DNA of 64,000 nucleotides from the human T2T-CHM13v2.0 reference genome, Homo sapiens. The stretch is from NCBI RefSeq assembly GCF_009914755.1, contig NC_060931.1. One strand, given 5' to 3'. The notes beneath the pieces are model-generated. The model worked only from the letters and a program-made list of their open reading frames with translations, ran no database searches and had not been told where the DNA came from. The number at the start of each line of letters is the position of its first letter. Positions within the stretch are counted from its first letter, which is position 1. Of this stretch, positions 27,061 through 40,743 are shown piece by piece. Made by a program: the position numbers and the translations under genes.

Positions 27061-29589
27061 GCATAAATTAGTCTCATGCAAATGTTTCCTCTTCTTCATC
27101 TACTGTATTCCAGTCCAAATGTTTGGGTAACTACCAATACTACATATTCTCCTGAGAGCTGAGAAATATTAAGAAAATAAGATGTGGTCTCTGCTCTTGG
27201 TTGTATAACAGTAGCATTAACAACTAAATTCTGACTGTGGACAAACTGCCTCCTCCTTCCTATAGTACTTTATGGTTGGAATGGTAAATGCACTTATGTG
27301 CAAAGTGTCCTGTTTTGACTGTAAGGAGAACTGTGGAACTCACTTCCTGCCATGCTATCTCCATCTTGTTCCTGCCTCTGTCCCACACCATCTTCTGGGT
27401 CTGCTCTCTCTGTGTCTTTATCTCTATTATTGGTTTTTCTTAATTGGCCCATCCAAGAGCCCTCTCCAGTCCTCCCATCCTTTCCTACAGGATCAGGGAA
27501 ATACTCCCCCCTAAATACTGTCCTTAATTAGTTAATAAAATCTCCCTCCACGACACAGGCAGCTCTCCCCCGAGAAAAACCAGTGACAGATACGAACACC
27601 ATTTGGTCTAATTAGTTCTGATATTTCACACAACATATTTGTGAGGTTTTTTGGAAGGAGGAGAGGAAGGCAGCAAAATGCTTCTGTTAAAAGAACAGCA
27701 GGTTGGCTCGGATGACAGGAGGGACAGAGTTTGGGGTCTTCTTTTGTAGCTGCAAATAGAGCCTTGGTGAAATCAGTACCACCTGGCCTAGTGACACTTG
27801 CACCTGTAGTTCTCCTTGCACCTCTGTCTGACTGCACTGGCCTTCCTGGGTCTGAGACCATATCCTTTCCTTATTCTAGTGAAGCAAAGTTCCTGATTGA
27901 GTGACCTTTTCTTTTATGATGACAGAAATCTATGCAGAGTGAGGTAACGTGAGAGGAGCTTAACACTAGAGACCTGGGGATTTGGATTTGGGGCACAGCA
28001 TTCTATATCTGTCCTGCCTTTGGCTTGCTCTGTGACCTTGGAATGATTATTGAACTCTAAGGCCTTTTTTCAGTCTAAGGGCTACATAGGGGAGAGGAGG
28101 GAGGGGGTTAAACTCATATCTTATATTGCTAGAATAGATGTCTCTCAAGATATGGAATACTGGCTATTAGAGAGTATATAAATTAGGAGTAGCTGTTGAC
28201 ATAGAAAATCAATCCTATATTCCTCTGTCACATTTGCTGTCATCTGTTTATAACCTGCAAGTTTTAAGAGGTATGTTTACTGCTCCAGAGAGCCCAATGT
28301 GCACCTTGCATATCCAGCAACATGGGTTCAATCTCATGAACCCCATTGTAAGTCTGTAGCTGAGATTGGAAATCAACTCCAGGCTTTTCAGACACTGACA
28401 TTTATCACAGTGTCTAACCCAAAGTAGATTTCCATAAAGGTTGATAGGACCAGAATCCCGAGCCTTATGATGATGCTATGGGAAGAGCCCTGGAGGGGGA
28501 GGAAGAATGCTTGGGTTTGCAGCCAGGTTCTGTCACCACATAGTTTAGTGACCTTAGGTAGTTTATTCACCTCTCTAGTCCCATTTACTCATCTCTAAGA
28601 CCAGAGAGTTAAATAACTCTCTAAGCTTTATAGTTCTAATGTCTACAGTTTTGTGACCAAACATAGCAAAAGGAAATGAGGGTATTTTAATAAACTTATT
28701 GGCTTAGGGAATGGGTAAAGCCAATAGAATGAGTCTGAGCTCCAAGCTGGAGGGATCCCTGAGGGGGTCCTGCAAGCTTCTCCCATGGGCTGCCTCTGTG
28801 TGACTCTCTCGGGAATCATTGCTTGGGCTTGCCTGCCCCCCGCCCACCCTCCCCTCCGCCACCCAGGCTGCTGTACATCTCACCTCTGGTTACTTGGCCA
28901 GGTGGACACCTGTCCTGGTCCTTGTTTACCCTGCTCTTGTCCCATCCCAATTTCTGCTATGATCTGAGCATTGTCCTATGGTGAGCTCCACCTATACTAG
29001 CCGTCTGTCCTAGCCATTCCTGGGAGACAGACAGACTGCCTTCTCATGAAGCAGGAGGACAGAGTGAAATCGCCCACTCTAGTGGCTGCTGCTGAAGATT
29101 GTGGGCTGTGAAGTCAGCCTGGATGTGAATCCCAGCTCTGCTGTCACCAACCTTCATCCTGGTGTCTCTGTGTCAGTTTCTAATGAAATGGAAATTTAAA
29201 AAACAAAAAACAAAAAACCCAAACCATGTAAAGTACTTAGCACCATGTCTGGCCTTTGGTAAGAACTCAATAAGTGTTAGTTGTCATTGTGTTGATGTTG
29301 TTATTTGTGAGTTCCGAATCCCTTCAGAAATAGACCAGACATGAGGTAGAGATTTTTTTTTTTTAAATTAGATTAATCTTTGGCAAAGCTGGATTAGGAA
29401 AAAAAAAAGCGGACCCAAGGACATGTCTTCCAAATACTTTCCCCCAATTCTAGACCTTAAGGCAAAGATCCCGCCCTTGCCCGTCCAACTCAGAGAGGGA
29501 CCCCAGACAGGGAGAGAGGCCCGAGGTGTGCGCCATCTTAAACAAGGTAACTCTGCTGGGAGCAGATGAACCGATCCCAGGAGATGTGA

Positions 29590-30210
<621 letters not shown>

Positions 30211-31765
30211 TAACATACCTTTGAATCATAAAAGTAACATGGTAATTGTGAAAAATTGAAACATGAAATATATAATATATATGGTGAAGGTCTGTAATCA
30301 ATGTCTTCTACCTCTCTCCCTACCAAAACTTCATAAACAGTTTTGTGTTCACAAAACATTTTAAAACAATGTCTATCAGCAAGGTTTGTGAATCAGGGGT
30401 AAGCTAATTATGTCTCACATTCTTGCTAAGTCAATGTGATGTAGAAAGACTCCGGTTCAAGTGCCCTAGGCCGGGTGGTTTGGGAAGTCATGCCCTACTT
30501 TGTCCATAGTGGGTTCTGGTATCTGTGCTCCTGCACAGTGTCAGGGCTGTTTGCCTTGGGCTAGATTTCTGCATCTCCAGGGTGATCTGTGTATTTCTAA
30601 AGGACAACTACTTCTAGAGAGTCCCAGGAGCAGACCTTAAGCTATGACATTGCTGTATTTTAAGCCCACTATGACCTCTGGGAGAAGTGCTAAGACTTCA
30701 GGGTTCCACCAGTACGTCTCTGTCCCCATCTATACCAGTCCTGACCATTCTGCTGCCCTGAGTTCAGACCAAGGAGTATATACTTCCTAGGAAGGGCCCC
30801 TGCCCCACGGCCTGGGAGAGTTTGGAAACAACCTACTGCCCCATCCCTTGGGCTCCTCATGCCCTTTTCCTCCTCCTCTCTTCCCATGGCAGGGGTTGCG
30901 CCCTACCCCTGAGCCGCAGACTCCTAACCCCCTTTGCCTCATTTATTTCCCAGAGCTGGGTTCAGTTTCTGGGATTTCCCCTCATCAGCCCTACTAAGTG
31001 GCCTGAACGTCCCCTTGATGCTAGCACCATCTGTCTCCAGAAGTCTTATCATAGCATCCTGGGTTTCCACTCAGGTCAGCCTCTGGCTCATTGACAGCAG
31101 TCTGGACATACCTTGACCTTGGCTCTTCTGCCCCACTCCTAGACCTTGTTCTCTGCCCTATCTAGACAGAGGGCTCTAGGCTGCAGGCAGCCTCCACAGT
31201 GGGTGGCCCATTCTCCCAGCCTTGACCTTCCCTGCCTGGCTGTCCTTGGCCTGACTGCCTCTCCCAGCAGGAGCCCCTCATATATTGTGCAATTGAGGCC
31301 ACATCATTGGTGACATGTTCAGTTGTCACTGCTATTTCCCATGAGAACTTTAACTGTCATTCAAATACTGAGCTGTCCTGCTAGTCTGCAGTCCTATTTG
31401 GCAATTTATTTATTGTCACTAATACTCTGTCAGAAAAATATTATTGATCTTTTAAATATGTGATTTTTAACAGGCTTTCTCTAGGGATTTTCTTGTATTT
31501 GAGGGCACATTTTCCCCCTAACAGACACAACCCTAATTTTATCCTGAAATCGAATAAGAAATCAGATGCATGTCATAGCAACTTATTTCATAGGCAACAT
31601 CCTTAGGTCACAGAGTACACCTGCACATACATGGCAGGAGCTGGGGGCCATGAGGACACCCAAGTCACTTATAGCGTGCAAGTGTGGTTGTCCTCTTCAC
31701 TCCTTTCCAGTGTTACCCATAAAGAAATGCCTGGCTGAAAAACATTCCTGCCTTTCATTTCAGGC

Positions 31766-32478
31766 CTCTCTCTCCCCCTCCCCTTCCCCCCTTCCCCCCT
31801 TCCCTTCCCCCCTTCCCTTCCCCCCTTCCCTTCCCCCCTTCCCTTCCCCCCTTCCCCCTTCTCTTCCCCCTTCCCCCTTCCCTTCCCCCCTTCCCTTCCC
31901 CTTCCCTTCCCCCTTCCCTTCCCCCTTCCCTTCCCCCCTTCCCCCTTCCCTTCCCCCCTTCCCCCTTCCCTTCCCCCTTCCCCCTTCTCTTCCCCCTTCC
32001 CTTCCCCCTTCCCCCTTCCCCTTCCCTTCCCCCTTCCCCCTTCCCCTTCCCTTCCCCCTTCCCCCTTCCCCTTCCCCTTCCCTTCCCCCTTCCCCCTTCC
32101 CCCTTCCCCTTCCCTTCCCCCATCCCCCCTTCCCTTCCCCCCTTCCCCCCTTCCCTTCCCCCTCCCTTCCCCCTCCCTTCCCCCTCCCCTTCCCCCTTCC
32201 CCCCTTCCCTTTCCCCTTCCCCCCTTCCCCCCTTCCCTTCCCCCTTCCCTTCCCCCTCCCCTCCCCCTCCCCTCCCCCTCCCCTCCCCCTCCCCTCCCCC
32301 TCCCCTCCCCCTCCCCTCCCCCTCCCCTCCCCCTCCCCCCTCCCCTCCCCCTCCCCTCCCCCTCCCCCCTCCCCCTCCCCCCTCCCCCTCCCCCCTCCCC
32401 CTCCCCTTCCCCTTCCTTTCTTTCCCCCTCCCTCCCCCCCTCCACCCTTCCCTCCCCTCTCCTTTTTTCTTTTCTTCC
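31766..32478. repeat. ~710-bp polypyrimidine tract: (CCCTT/CCCCCTT)n grading to (CCCCT/CCCT)n; (AAGGG)n-like on the minus strand
   Basis: Almost purely C/T; abuts the tail end of a reverse AluJ. Confidence 0.98.
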
Positions 32479-32748
32479 TGTCACCCAGGCTGGAGTGTAA
32501 TGGCATAGTCTCAGCCCACTGCAACCTCAGCCTCCTGGGCTCAGGTGATCCTCCCACCTCAGCCTCCTGAGCAGCTGGGACTACAGGCATATGCCACTAT
32601 ACCTAGCTATTTTTTTTTTTAGTATTTTTGTAGAGACAGGGTCTCCCTACGTTGGCCGGGCTGGTCTCAAACTCCTGGGCTCGAAAGATCCTTCTGCCTT
32701 GGCCTCCCAAAGTGTTGGGATTATAGGTGTGAGACACCGCACCAGGCT
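32479..32748 (-). mobile_element. AluJ element whose tail is replaced by the CT-rich tract
   Basis: J diagnostics (gggctcaggtgatcctcccacc, gtagagacagggtctc); the last ~20 nt of the Alu are missing. Confidence 0.93.
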
Positions 32749-32779
32749 CAGGGCTTAATTTTCTTGGTTATATCAGACT

Positions 32780-33020
32780 TATTTAGTTTATTGAACACTT
32801 CTATAGCATTTTCTATGCCAGGCACTGTTCTAAACACTTCCAAATATTCATCTACCAAACTCTTAGACAGCTTTACAAGGTGAATGTTATTAATCTCTCC
32901 ATTTCACAGATGGAAAACTGAGGGAGAGGTTAATGAAATTGCTCAAGGTCACACATTGAGTGAGCAGCAGAAGTGAGATTTAAACCAAGGCCATGTAGTG
33001 CCTGAATCTGTGTGCCTGCC
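32780..33020 (-). mobile_element. MIR
   Basis: atgccaggcactgttctaaacactt...ccatttcacagatggaaaactgagg...ttgctcaaggtcacaca. Confidence 0.85.
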
Positions 33021-36000
33021 CCCCAGGCCACACCCAGACCCGGGGCCTGCTCTCTGTGCTGTGGACAATCTCCTCGGGCTCAGGCCCTCAGGAGAGTCAT
33101 GTCTCACTCTCATTCTGCGGGACATTGCATGTGTCAGGATGCACACCACATCCGTGCTGCCTGCCATGCAGGAGTTTTCCTTCTGGAATCCATTTCCTCC
33201 ACCTGGAAAGATGAATTGAACGGCAGAGTCAATTCCGTGTAAGTGCAGTGTCTGATTTGTCCTCGAATGAACTTGTAACAAAACCAGCATCACGCCAGTC
33301 CACTTGGCTGCCACGCGTTGTTTCCAGTTCTGGTCAAAGACCTTCATTGATTGTCCTTTTCATCCTGTCCTCGAGCCACCTCAAGGCAGTTCATGCTTCT
33401 GGGAATCCAGACAGGCGCTCTCATCAGTCCGTCTACTCCCCTGACATCCGATGACATTCCTGGCCCCCTTATTTACGCACCCTGAATTCCTTGTGTTATA
33501 CTAGTCCCCACAGTTGATGTCCTTATTTCACAATTTGGCGGTGCCAAGGGACCATGTAATTTGAAAAGGGAAGAAGAAGTGGTGGAGCTGGAGGCTGAGA
33601 TCAGAATACTCTGTGTACTAGCAAAGCCCAGAGCCCCATCCTGCTTCTTGTGACCAGTGTGGTAGGGCCATACCTTGGGTGGTCAGGGAAGATGACAGAG
33701 GGATCTGGGGCACCTTTGTGCTTGCATAGCTTGCGTCTAAAGCAGCAGCAGGACATGGAGGAGTAAACTGGAAATAAGGAGAAGAGAGTTCTAGTACCTG
33801 GCCTCAGTTTCCTTACCTGTATAACAAGGGACTTGGGCCAGACACTTGGGCTTGGCTCCCTGGGCTCAGATTGAAGAGGTATGCATGACAGGGGTCAGTG
33901 GCATGACAGGGAGGCCGGGAAGGTGCTCCACCCCTGGAATCCCACCACATGGAGCCAATTTGCTAAGGCCAGAGGCTGCTGAGGCCTCGGCTCTGCTCAG
34001 AGGCAAGGGGAGAGATATAGGCAGGCAATTAAGTTAGAATTGGCATTTCAGGTGGCTGGCTCTGGTTTAATTAACAAGGCTCCTGATTAATAGATCAAAT
34101 GACATTTCCACATTTCCCTCCCGCCATGTTCCACTCCCTCCACTACCTGCCACCCCAACTTTCAAGGTGCTTCTTAGTGGCTTCATTCTCTAACAACAAG
34201 TGGGGCTTGATGGGGGCTCAAGGGCTGGAGAAGGAAGGTCCTGATCAGTGATGGCCAGGACAGGACTGTTCTCAGTGCCCAGCACACTGGCATTTAATTA
34301 AAAGTCGCTTATTGAATGGGGCATGTCAGATTAGTGCATTCCCAGAAGATGCAAAGAAGGACTGTGGTACAGGGACCCTCAGAGCTTTTTATTTAAGAAG
34401 GCAACTAACTGCAGAGGTGATGGGGTGGTTCACAAGACCCTCTGCTGTGAAACTGAGTGACCTAAGGGACAGCGCCCAGGTGTGGGTTCCCCCGCAACAG
34501 CAACAAAGGGCAGCCCTTCCCTTTCCTCCTCTCCTGCCCAGCCACCCCCTACCAGCTCCCCTTCCCTGACCGGGCCACTGTCAGGCTCCCCACCCATGAT
34601 GGATTTTTCAGGCTTCATTTAGTGACATAACCATCCCAGTAAAACGTACAAATGGTCCAACTGTGGATCCTAATGTGCAGTAAACGGTTTTTCACCTCAT
34701 ATCATTTTTTATGGGGAGAAATTGGCTGTGTGCTTCCCCCTGCAGCCCCCTCCCCACTGCAGGTGGACTCTGGCAGGGGGTGGGGTTGCCTCTGTTCCTT
34801 CATCTGCCAGGCTGTCAGCTCCGCTCCAAACACCACTCACTCACTGGGGTGGGGGGCGGTTCAGCTTTGATTAACTGTCCCATACGATATTAATTTCCGA
34901 CAAGAAGCTCACTCTGCTGTCTCTGCAGGAACAGGGAGGTGGGGCAGTGGCGGGGGCAGGGAGAGAGTGCATTTCCTGATTGGCTTTCCTTCTTTGCCTA
35001 TTTGCCTGTTCCTTTTCAGAAGGCACTGCCCTCTGCAGTAGCCCTTTCTTCCTGTGTCCTGCGGCCCTTGCTAGGCGTCCTTGGCCCCTTACTTGGTCTT
35101 TCCTATGTCCTTTCACCTATGAAAGGGGATGCTTGGTGCTTCTCTCTGTTTGCCACATGGCAAGATTGGAGGGGATCTTTAAGCTCTCTGGTTAAGGAGA
35201 CAAAATGACTGGGGGACTCTGTGGACCTCAGGAGGGAGGGCTTGGTGATGCTGAACTCAATATCTTCCAATCTAAGCTCTACCACTGGGTCCTGGCAAGG
35301 TCCGTTAACCTACATCTCTGCGCAGACTCCTCTCAAAACTGTCCCCATGCTCTTTCTGCCCCTCCACACCGTACTGCCCAGGCTTCTCCAGTGGCTTCAT
35401 TACCTCCCCTCTGTGCTGACCTGGGGGCATCTCTTTGGACTCCTCTCGGGGCCATCCGTCCTTTCCTAGATCATTTCCAGTGGACATTTCTGGAAGCACA
35501 GCCAAGGAGCGAGTACTTTGGGGAGGGCAGGCGATGTGCCGAAAAGGAGTCGGGTGATAATCTGACATCCCTTCCCCAACGTGGACTCACCCTGCTCTCT
35601 CAGCAGCAAGCTCCTATCTTCCCTGCCTCTCCTCTTGCTGCCTTCCAACCAGCTGCCTCCTGTGTTCCTTGGAAGGCACGGGAGGCAGCAGGAGTGTGAT
35701 GCCGCAGCAGCTTCCTTCCTCTTCCTGTGAATGCTGGCTCTGCCTCCATGGCCAAAGAGGCAGCTGGTCCTCTCTGCTGCACCACCAGCAGAGCTGGGGG
35801 AACATGTCTGCATGTGTGCGTCTTCCAGTCCACAGGTCAAACTCCACGTAGTGGCCTGGACTGTTGGTTGTCACTTCACCATGTGGCCAGCTTAGGGGCA
35901 GGGATCGCTGCATGCCCAGCACAGAGAGATGTGCATGTGTGTAGATCCAAGCGTGCATCCATGCATGCAAATATTCATTTTGGAACAATGTCTGCACATT

Positions 36001-37909
36001 TGGCTCCCAGGCACAGAATAAGCATACCTAGTGCTTAAGAGATACTCTGGTGCCGAGATGCTGCGTTGGCAGGATAATTGCACCTGAACAAAGGGAAAGT
36101 ACTTTGAAAATGTCAAGAAGTTCTATAGAAATGTCAGGGCTGGTAGTAATGATGATTATTCTAAGACCTCTATTACTCACACTGGCATCAGACCACATCT
36201 CCATGGTGAGCCTCAGAAAGGACTAAAATGAGGGAGAGAGATCAGCTGGTGCTTCTAGCCAGCTTGGACACTTGAGATGTGTCCATTCTGAGCCCACCTT
36301 CTCCGGTGAATAAAAGCAAGCCAGCAGGTGCTCGGGGAGTGTGGCTGGAGTGGAGGGGAACTAGACCCTGCAAGGATTACTCCTAAGAGCTGTGAGGCTT
36401 GGCCTGCAGAGGAGATGGTGGTTGTCAACCAAGGTGGTTGTGTGGAAAATCAGTCAGTTCCAAGTTTCTCCAGAGGGCAAAACTAGGACGGATGTAGCAT
36501 AAGGTTAGAGGTAGATTTCCTCCCAGTTTTTGACCTTCCCCAATCTTACAAGTTACCTTGCTTTTCCCTGTCGAGAGGGAGCAGGCAGTGGCCTGAGACC
36601 AGCTGTCAGGAATGCTGAAGGACTCCTGCTCTAAGAGGAAGGTCCTGTGTGACTTCATTAAGGGTCTTCCCCACTTTCAGGAGTCTGGAGTTCCAAGTAA
36701 TTATCCTCCAGAGAGCACATTCGAACCCAGAACTACAGACACAAGGAGGAGTTCCTATGATATCTAGAACTTGAGACCCCTCAAATCTGTACTGCCTCAA
36801 GTCCCCACGACCTCTTGGACCCCAGAAAACCAAAACTAAATGGACTGTATGTCCTGCAGGAGCCTTGGACACCTACTTGCAAGTCCTCAGGAGGATAGGC
36901 TATTGGAGATCTGGGTTCCAAACACAGAGATACTGGAATGAAGAAGACAGCGGCTCTCTGATGAGCTTTCTGGGGTTTGGAAGAGTTCAGGTGAGTCCTT
37001 CCTGTCACCTAGCCCATGCCGTATCCTGATTTTTCTTGCTTCTCTGTGGCCTGGCTTCACTCTTCATCCATCTCACAGGGGACAAGACCACAAACAGGAG
37101 CCGGACAAAGGAGGTAGGGGCAACTAAACCCCTGATTTAGGAGACAAAAAGCACGGCAGTGAAAACAAATCTATTTAGAAGCCTCCAGCAGATTTGAGAC
37201 ACCTTGATTAATCATAACTTGCTACACATTATTTCCCTATAAACAAACTACAATGTTACTCATATAAACAGCTTTATCTTGACAGCTGCAAAATGTCAGG
37301 ATTTAATGTAGAATGAGCAGAGATACACCATATGTTACCACTCTGGGCCTGGAACACACTAATTCACAGCATATTGCCTCACACCGAAGAGGTGATTACA
37401 AAAGAGGGCTAGGCTTTTGCCTGGCCACGGTTGTGCGCGCCATCTCCACGTTCCAGCCACTTCTTGCCCAAGCTGTCATGTCTTAGAGCAGTATGGAGAA
37501 AGGCTCTGAGGGTTGCAAGCAGTGAGTGAAACAGCAACCCGGAAAGTGTGGAAGCAGTTGTATTGTTGTATTTCTAAAAATTGACTCCAATAAATACAGG
37601 TGTACCACACCAGGAAACCTGTGGTTACAGTGCAATTTTTTCAAAAAACAGTCAATACGTGCCTGGTATCCTGCTGAGGAGAACTGTGGCTACCTTTGCC
37701 AGAATGAAAGGCTTACAAAACACACCAAACAAATAGAACCCACTTCAGAAACAAACAATTAAGAAACAAGTTGAATGCATGAAGAAACAGAACTTAATGC
37801 TTGTGAAAAGGAAGTTTGTAAAAGGGATGCTTTGCCTGGGAGTGTCCCAAAGAGGAAAAATGTAGAGAATTTTTTCCCCATAGGACGCACTTAGCATGAC
37901 AGCCCATAG

Positions 37910-38234
<325 letters not shown>

Positions 38235-38334
38235 AGGACGTGGTTTTATAGACAGACCAGTTTCTGGTTTGATCTCTTTCCTTTCAGTTTCCTAACCTTC
38301 TGTATTTATCTTATGCCCTAATATGGCTCTAAAC

Positions 38335-38531
38335 CAGGGGTCAATCGGGCCCACTATATGTTTTTATTAATACAGCTTTCCTGGCAAGCAGTAAAGACAT
38401 TGGTCTACGTGTGGTCTGTCTGCTTTGGGCTATAACAGCCAAGTTGAGTAGCTGCCTTAGAGACCATATGATCCACAAGGCTGAAAATATTTACTCTCTG
38501 GCCATTTACAGGAAAAGTTAGCTGATCCCTG
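38335..38531 (+). mobile_element. MER58A hAT-Charlie non-autonomous DNA transposon
   Basis: TIRs CAGGGGTC...GATCCCTG; internal aaaatatttactctctggccatttacaggaaaagtt. Confidence 0.85.
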
Positions 38532-38619
38532 CACTGTGTGTTTGTCATTTTCTGGCTTAAACACTAGAGGCACACAAGTATCAAGCTCTGGCAGCACCTG
38601 CGTCAATCCCCTTCTGGTT

Positions 38620-38985
38620 CTAGAACCCTGATTTCCTTTTGGGGAAGCACCACCCACAGTGGATGATCTTGGTGAGACTGCCAACCAGGAGGCGGGCATG
38701 TGACCCCAGCCCTGTGTCAGACTCTTCCCTGGACTGTGGCTGGCCAGTGGAGTGGGGTGAAATTGACTTGTCCTGGGGGCAACAGCTCCTTGAAGACATT
38801 GTGGCCTGTTCCTGCAGTCTGCAGTCCAGGCCAGCCCTGATTCCAGTCCCTTCCCTACACTCCTCATTCTCCAACAGGTGTGGGAACCACCTGTTTTCCC
38901 TCTATGACATGTTTTTTTTTTCTTGTTTAAGTAAGTGAGAACTTGTTTCTGTTGCTTATAACCAAAGAAGCCTAATCAATGTCAA
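38620..38985 (+). mobile_element. Old MaLR LTR (MLT1K/L-like)
   Basis: 3' end ttgtttaag...tttctgttgcttataaccaaagaagcctaat. Confidence 0.5.
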
Positions 38986-39169
38986 CAGACTCTCAATGGT
39001 CCCTTGCCACCTGTGCGTCAGGTCCACACTCAGACCAGCTATGCTGACTCTCCCTGACTTGGTCCTGTCCTCTCTCTCCTCTCCTCCCCTCCTCCTGTCC
39101 CTCTGCTTCTCCTCTAAGGACCCCTCCTACCAATGCTCCGTACTCTGATGATGTGCCACCGTCCTGCAC

Positions 39170-39512
39170 AGAGCTCTGCTTTTGCCCATGGTGTTCTCTC
39201 TGTTGTTTGGAATGCCTGCCTCTCTTTCCAACAGAGGAACCTGGTATTCATCATTCAAAACACAGTTCAAAATATCTCTGTCTCTGTGCAGCCTTCCCCA
39301 GGATTCCCAGGCAGAGTTAATGGCCCCTTCCTTGAAGCTCCCATAGTACTTTGAGCCTCTTTATCCTAAAGCATTCCAGTTGCTCTGTTAAAATGTTGAG
39401 TTTACAGGGCTGTTTTCCTCCAGCTTTCTGTGAGCTCCTTGCCATAAGGGAATAGTTTTATTTATCTGTACCCCTGGAGCATAGCAAGATTGTTGAATGT
39501 TAGAAGAATGAA
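39170..39512 (-). mobile_element. L2 3' fragment
   Basis: gcttttgcccatggtgttctctctgttgtttggaatgcc...ctgtgagctcctt...tgttgaatg. Confidence 0.75.
39286..39379 (+). repeat. 94-bp direct duplication, donor copy inside L2 (partner 40650-40743)
   Basis: 4 mismatches over 94 bp by hand alignment. Confidence 0.95.
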
Positions 39513-40649
39513 CCCCTTATGTTTACCATTATTGTTGTTTTTGACTGTTAAGTTATAATCTCGGTCCTAGCCCAGTAGTTTTCCAACCCAACTCAGTGTC
39601 TAATTGCCCTTTCTTCTCCCACTCTGACTTTATTCCCTGGCTTCAGATACTGGCCTCTGGGCTTGGTCCATTCAAGCCCCAGAAACAGTTTTGTACCAGC
39701 TCTTTGGAGCTCATGGCTAGAGCCCTGCTTCCTGATACTAGACAGGACAATATCCACCCCTCAAAGCCCTCAAGGGAGGCATGAACCTTCCAGATGTTTC
39801 CTGCCCTCTTGAATTGCTTTCCTGGCCTTCTCGCTTCTGATCTACCCTTGTCCACACCTGGATCCAGTAATCCTTGAGTGGCTTATCTTGCTGCTGACCT
39901 CTTGCCAGGCACCCTCTGGCAGGAGGTTGGTTTTGCTTCAGTGGCACACACAGCCAGGGCAGAAGTGTGTGCTAAAGGCCATTGTGATCCTCTTACTGGA
40001 AGGAGAGTCTTTAATTCTTTCTCTTTACAGAGAGGGAAGTACTTCTTTGGGGAGCACACAGCTGACAAGCTTTAGTAGGACGGTTAAAGCTCAAATCCCA
40101 GTGTGTCTGGTGCAGCTCCTTTCTCCTGGGCTGCATGTATGGGGCCATCTTGGAATCTGGAACTCTTAGTAAAGCAGGATCACCTAGAAGAGATAAGCAT
40201 TGTGAAGCTGTGCAGGCTCCTTGGGGAGGAAGATAAATCACTCTCTGACCCATTTCCCATTGCTGCCTACTTTCATGGTGGGCCAGAGTTTTCAGAGCGC
40301 ATGATCCTGTCTGGACGCCAGAGTCTTCAACATTAATACTAGTGAATTCTCTCCAAAGCTCTTATGCCAGAATGGCTCCTGGAATGTGCAAAACATCCCA
40401 CATCCTGATCCTGCTGCCTGGGTTGTGAAAGGTACTTGGTTTCTCTCCAGTTGGTGGAGTCATCCAAAGAAGCAGATTGTCCTACACCCAGCCCTGGTAC
40501 CTCCAAACACAGAAGCCTAATTATGCCCAAATAAGGCTTAATTCTCAAGAGAAAGGTTTGTTTCTGGATTTCTGAGCTCATTTCAGAAGGCAATTGGCAG
40601 ACAACTGGTTCCTGCTGCCAGGAACTCCTCCAGGAACCATGAGGTCAAA

Positions 40650-40743
40650 GTGCAGCCTTCCCCAGAATTCCCAGGCAGAGTTAACGGCCCCTTCCTTGAA
40701 GCTCCCGTAGTACTTTGAGCCTCTTTATCCTAAAGCACTCCAG
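40650..40743 (+). repeat. 94-bp direct duplication, inserted copy (partner 39286-39379)
   Basis: 4 mismatches over 94 bp by hand alignment. Confidence 0.95.

Noticed and set aside
29069-29087. CTCF-like motif cgcccactctagtggc
   Set aside because: Mismatch in the core GCC positions; insufficient on sequence alone.
31566-32590. Long ORFs of 334, 276 and 271 aa (Pro-rich or Gly/Arg/Glu-rich)
   Set aside because: Artefacts of the stop-free C/T repeat plus Alu sequence; open in several frames on both strands.
33230-33490. CpG-retaining stretch that looks like an exon or an ancient RTE/L4 LINE end
   Set aside because: No convincing splice-bounded frame or recognisable homology; cannot be supported without a search.
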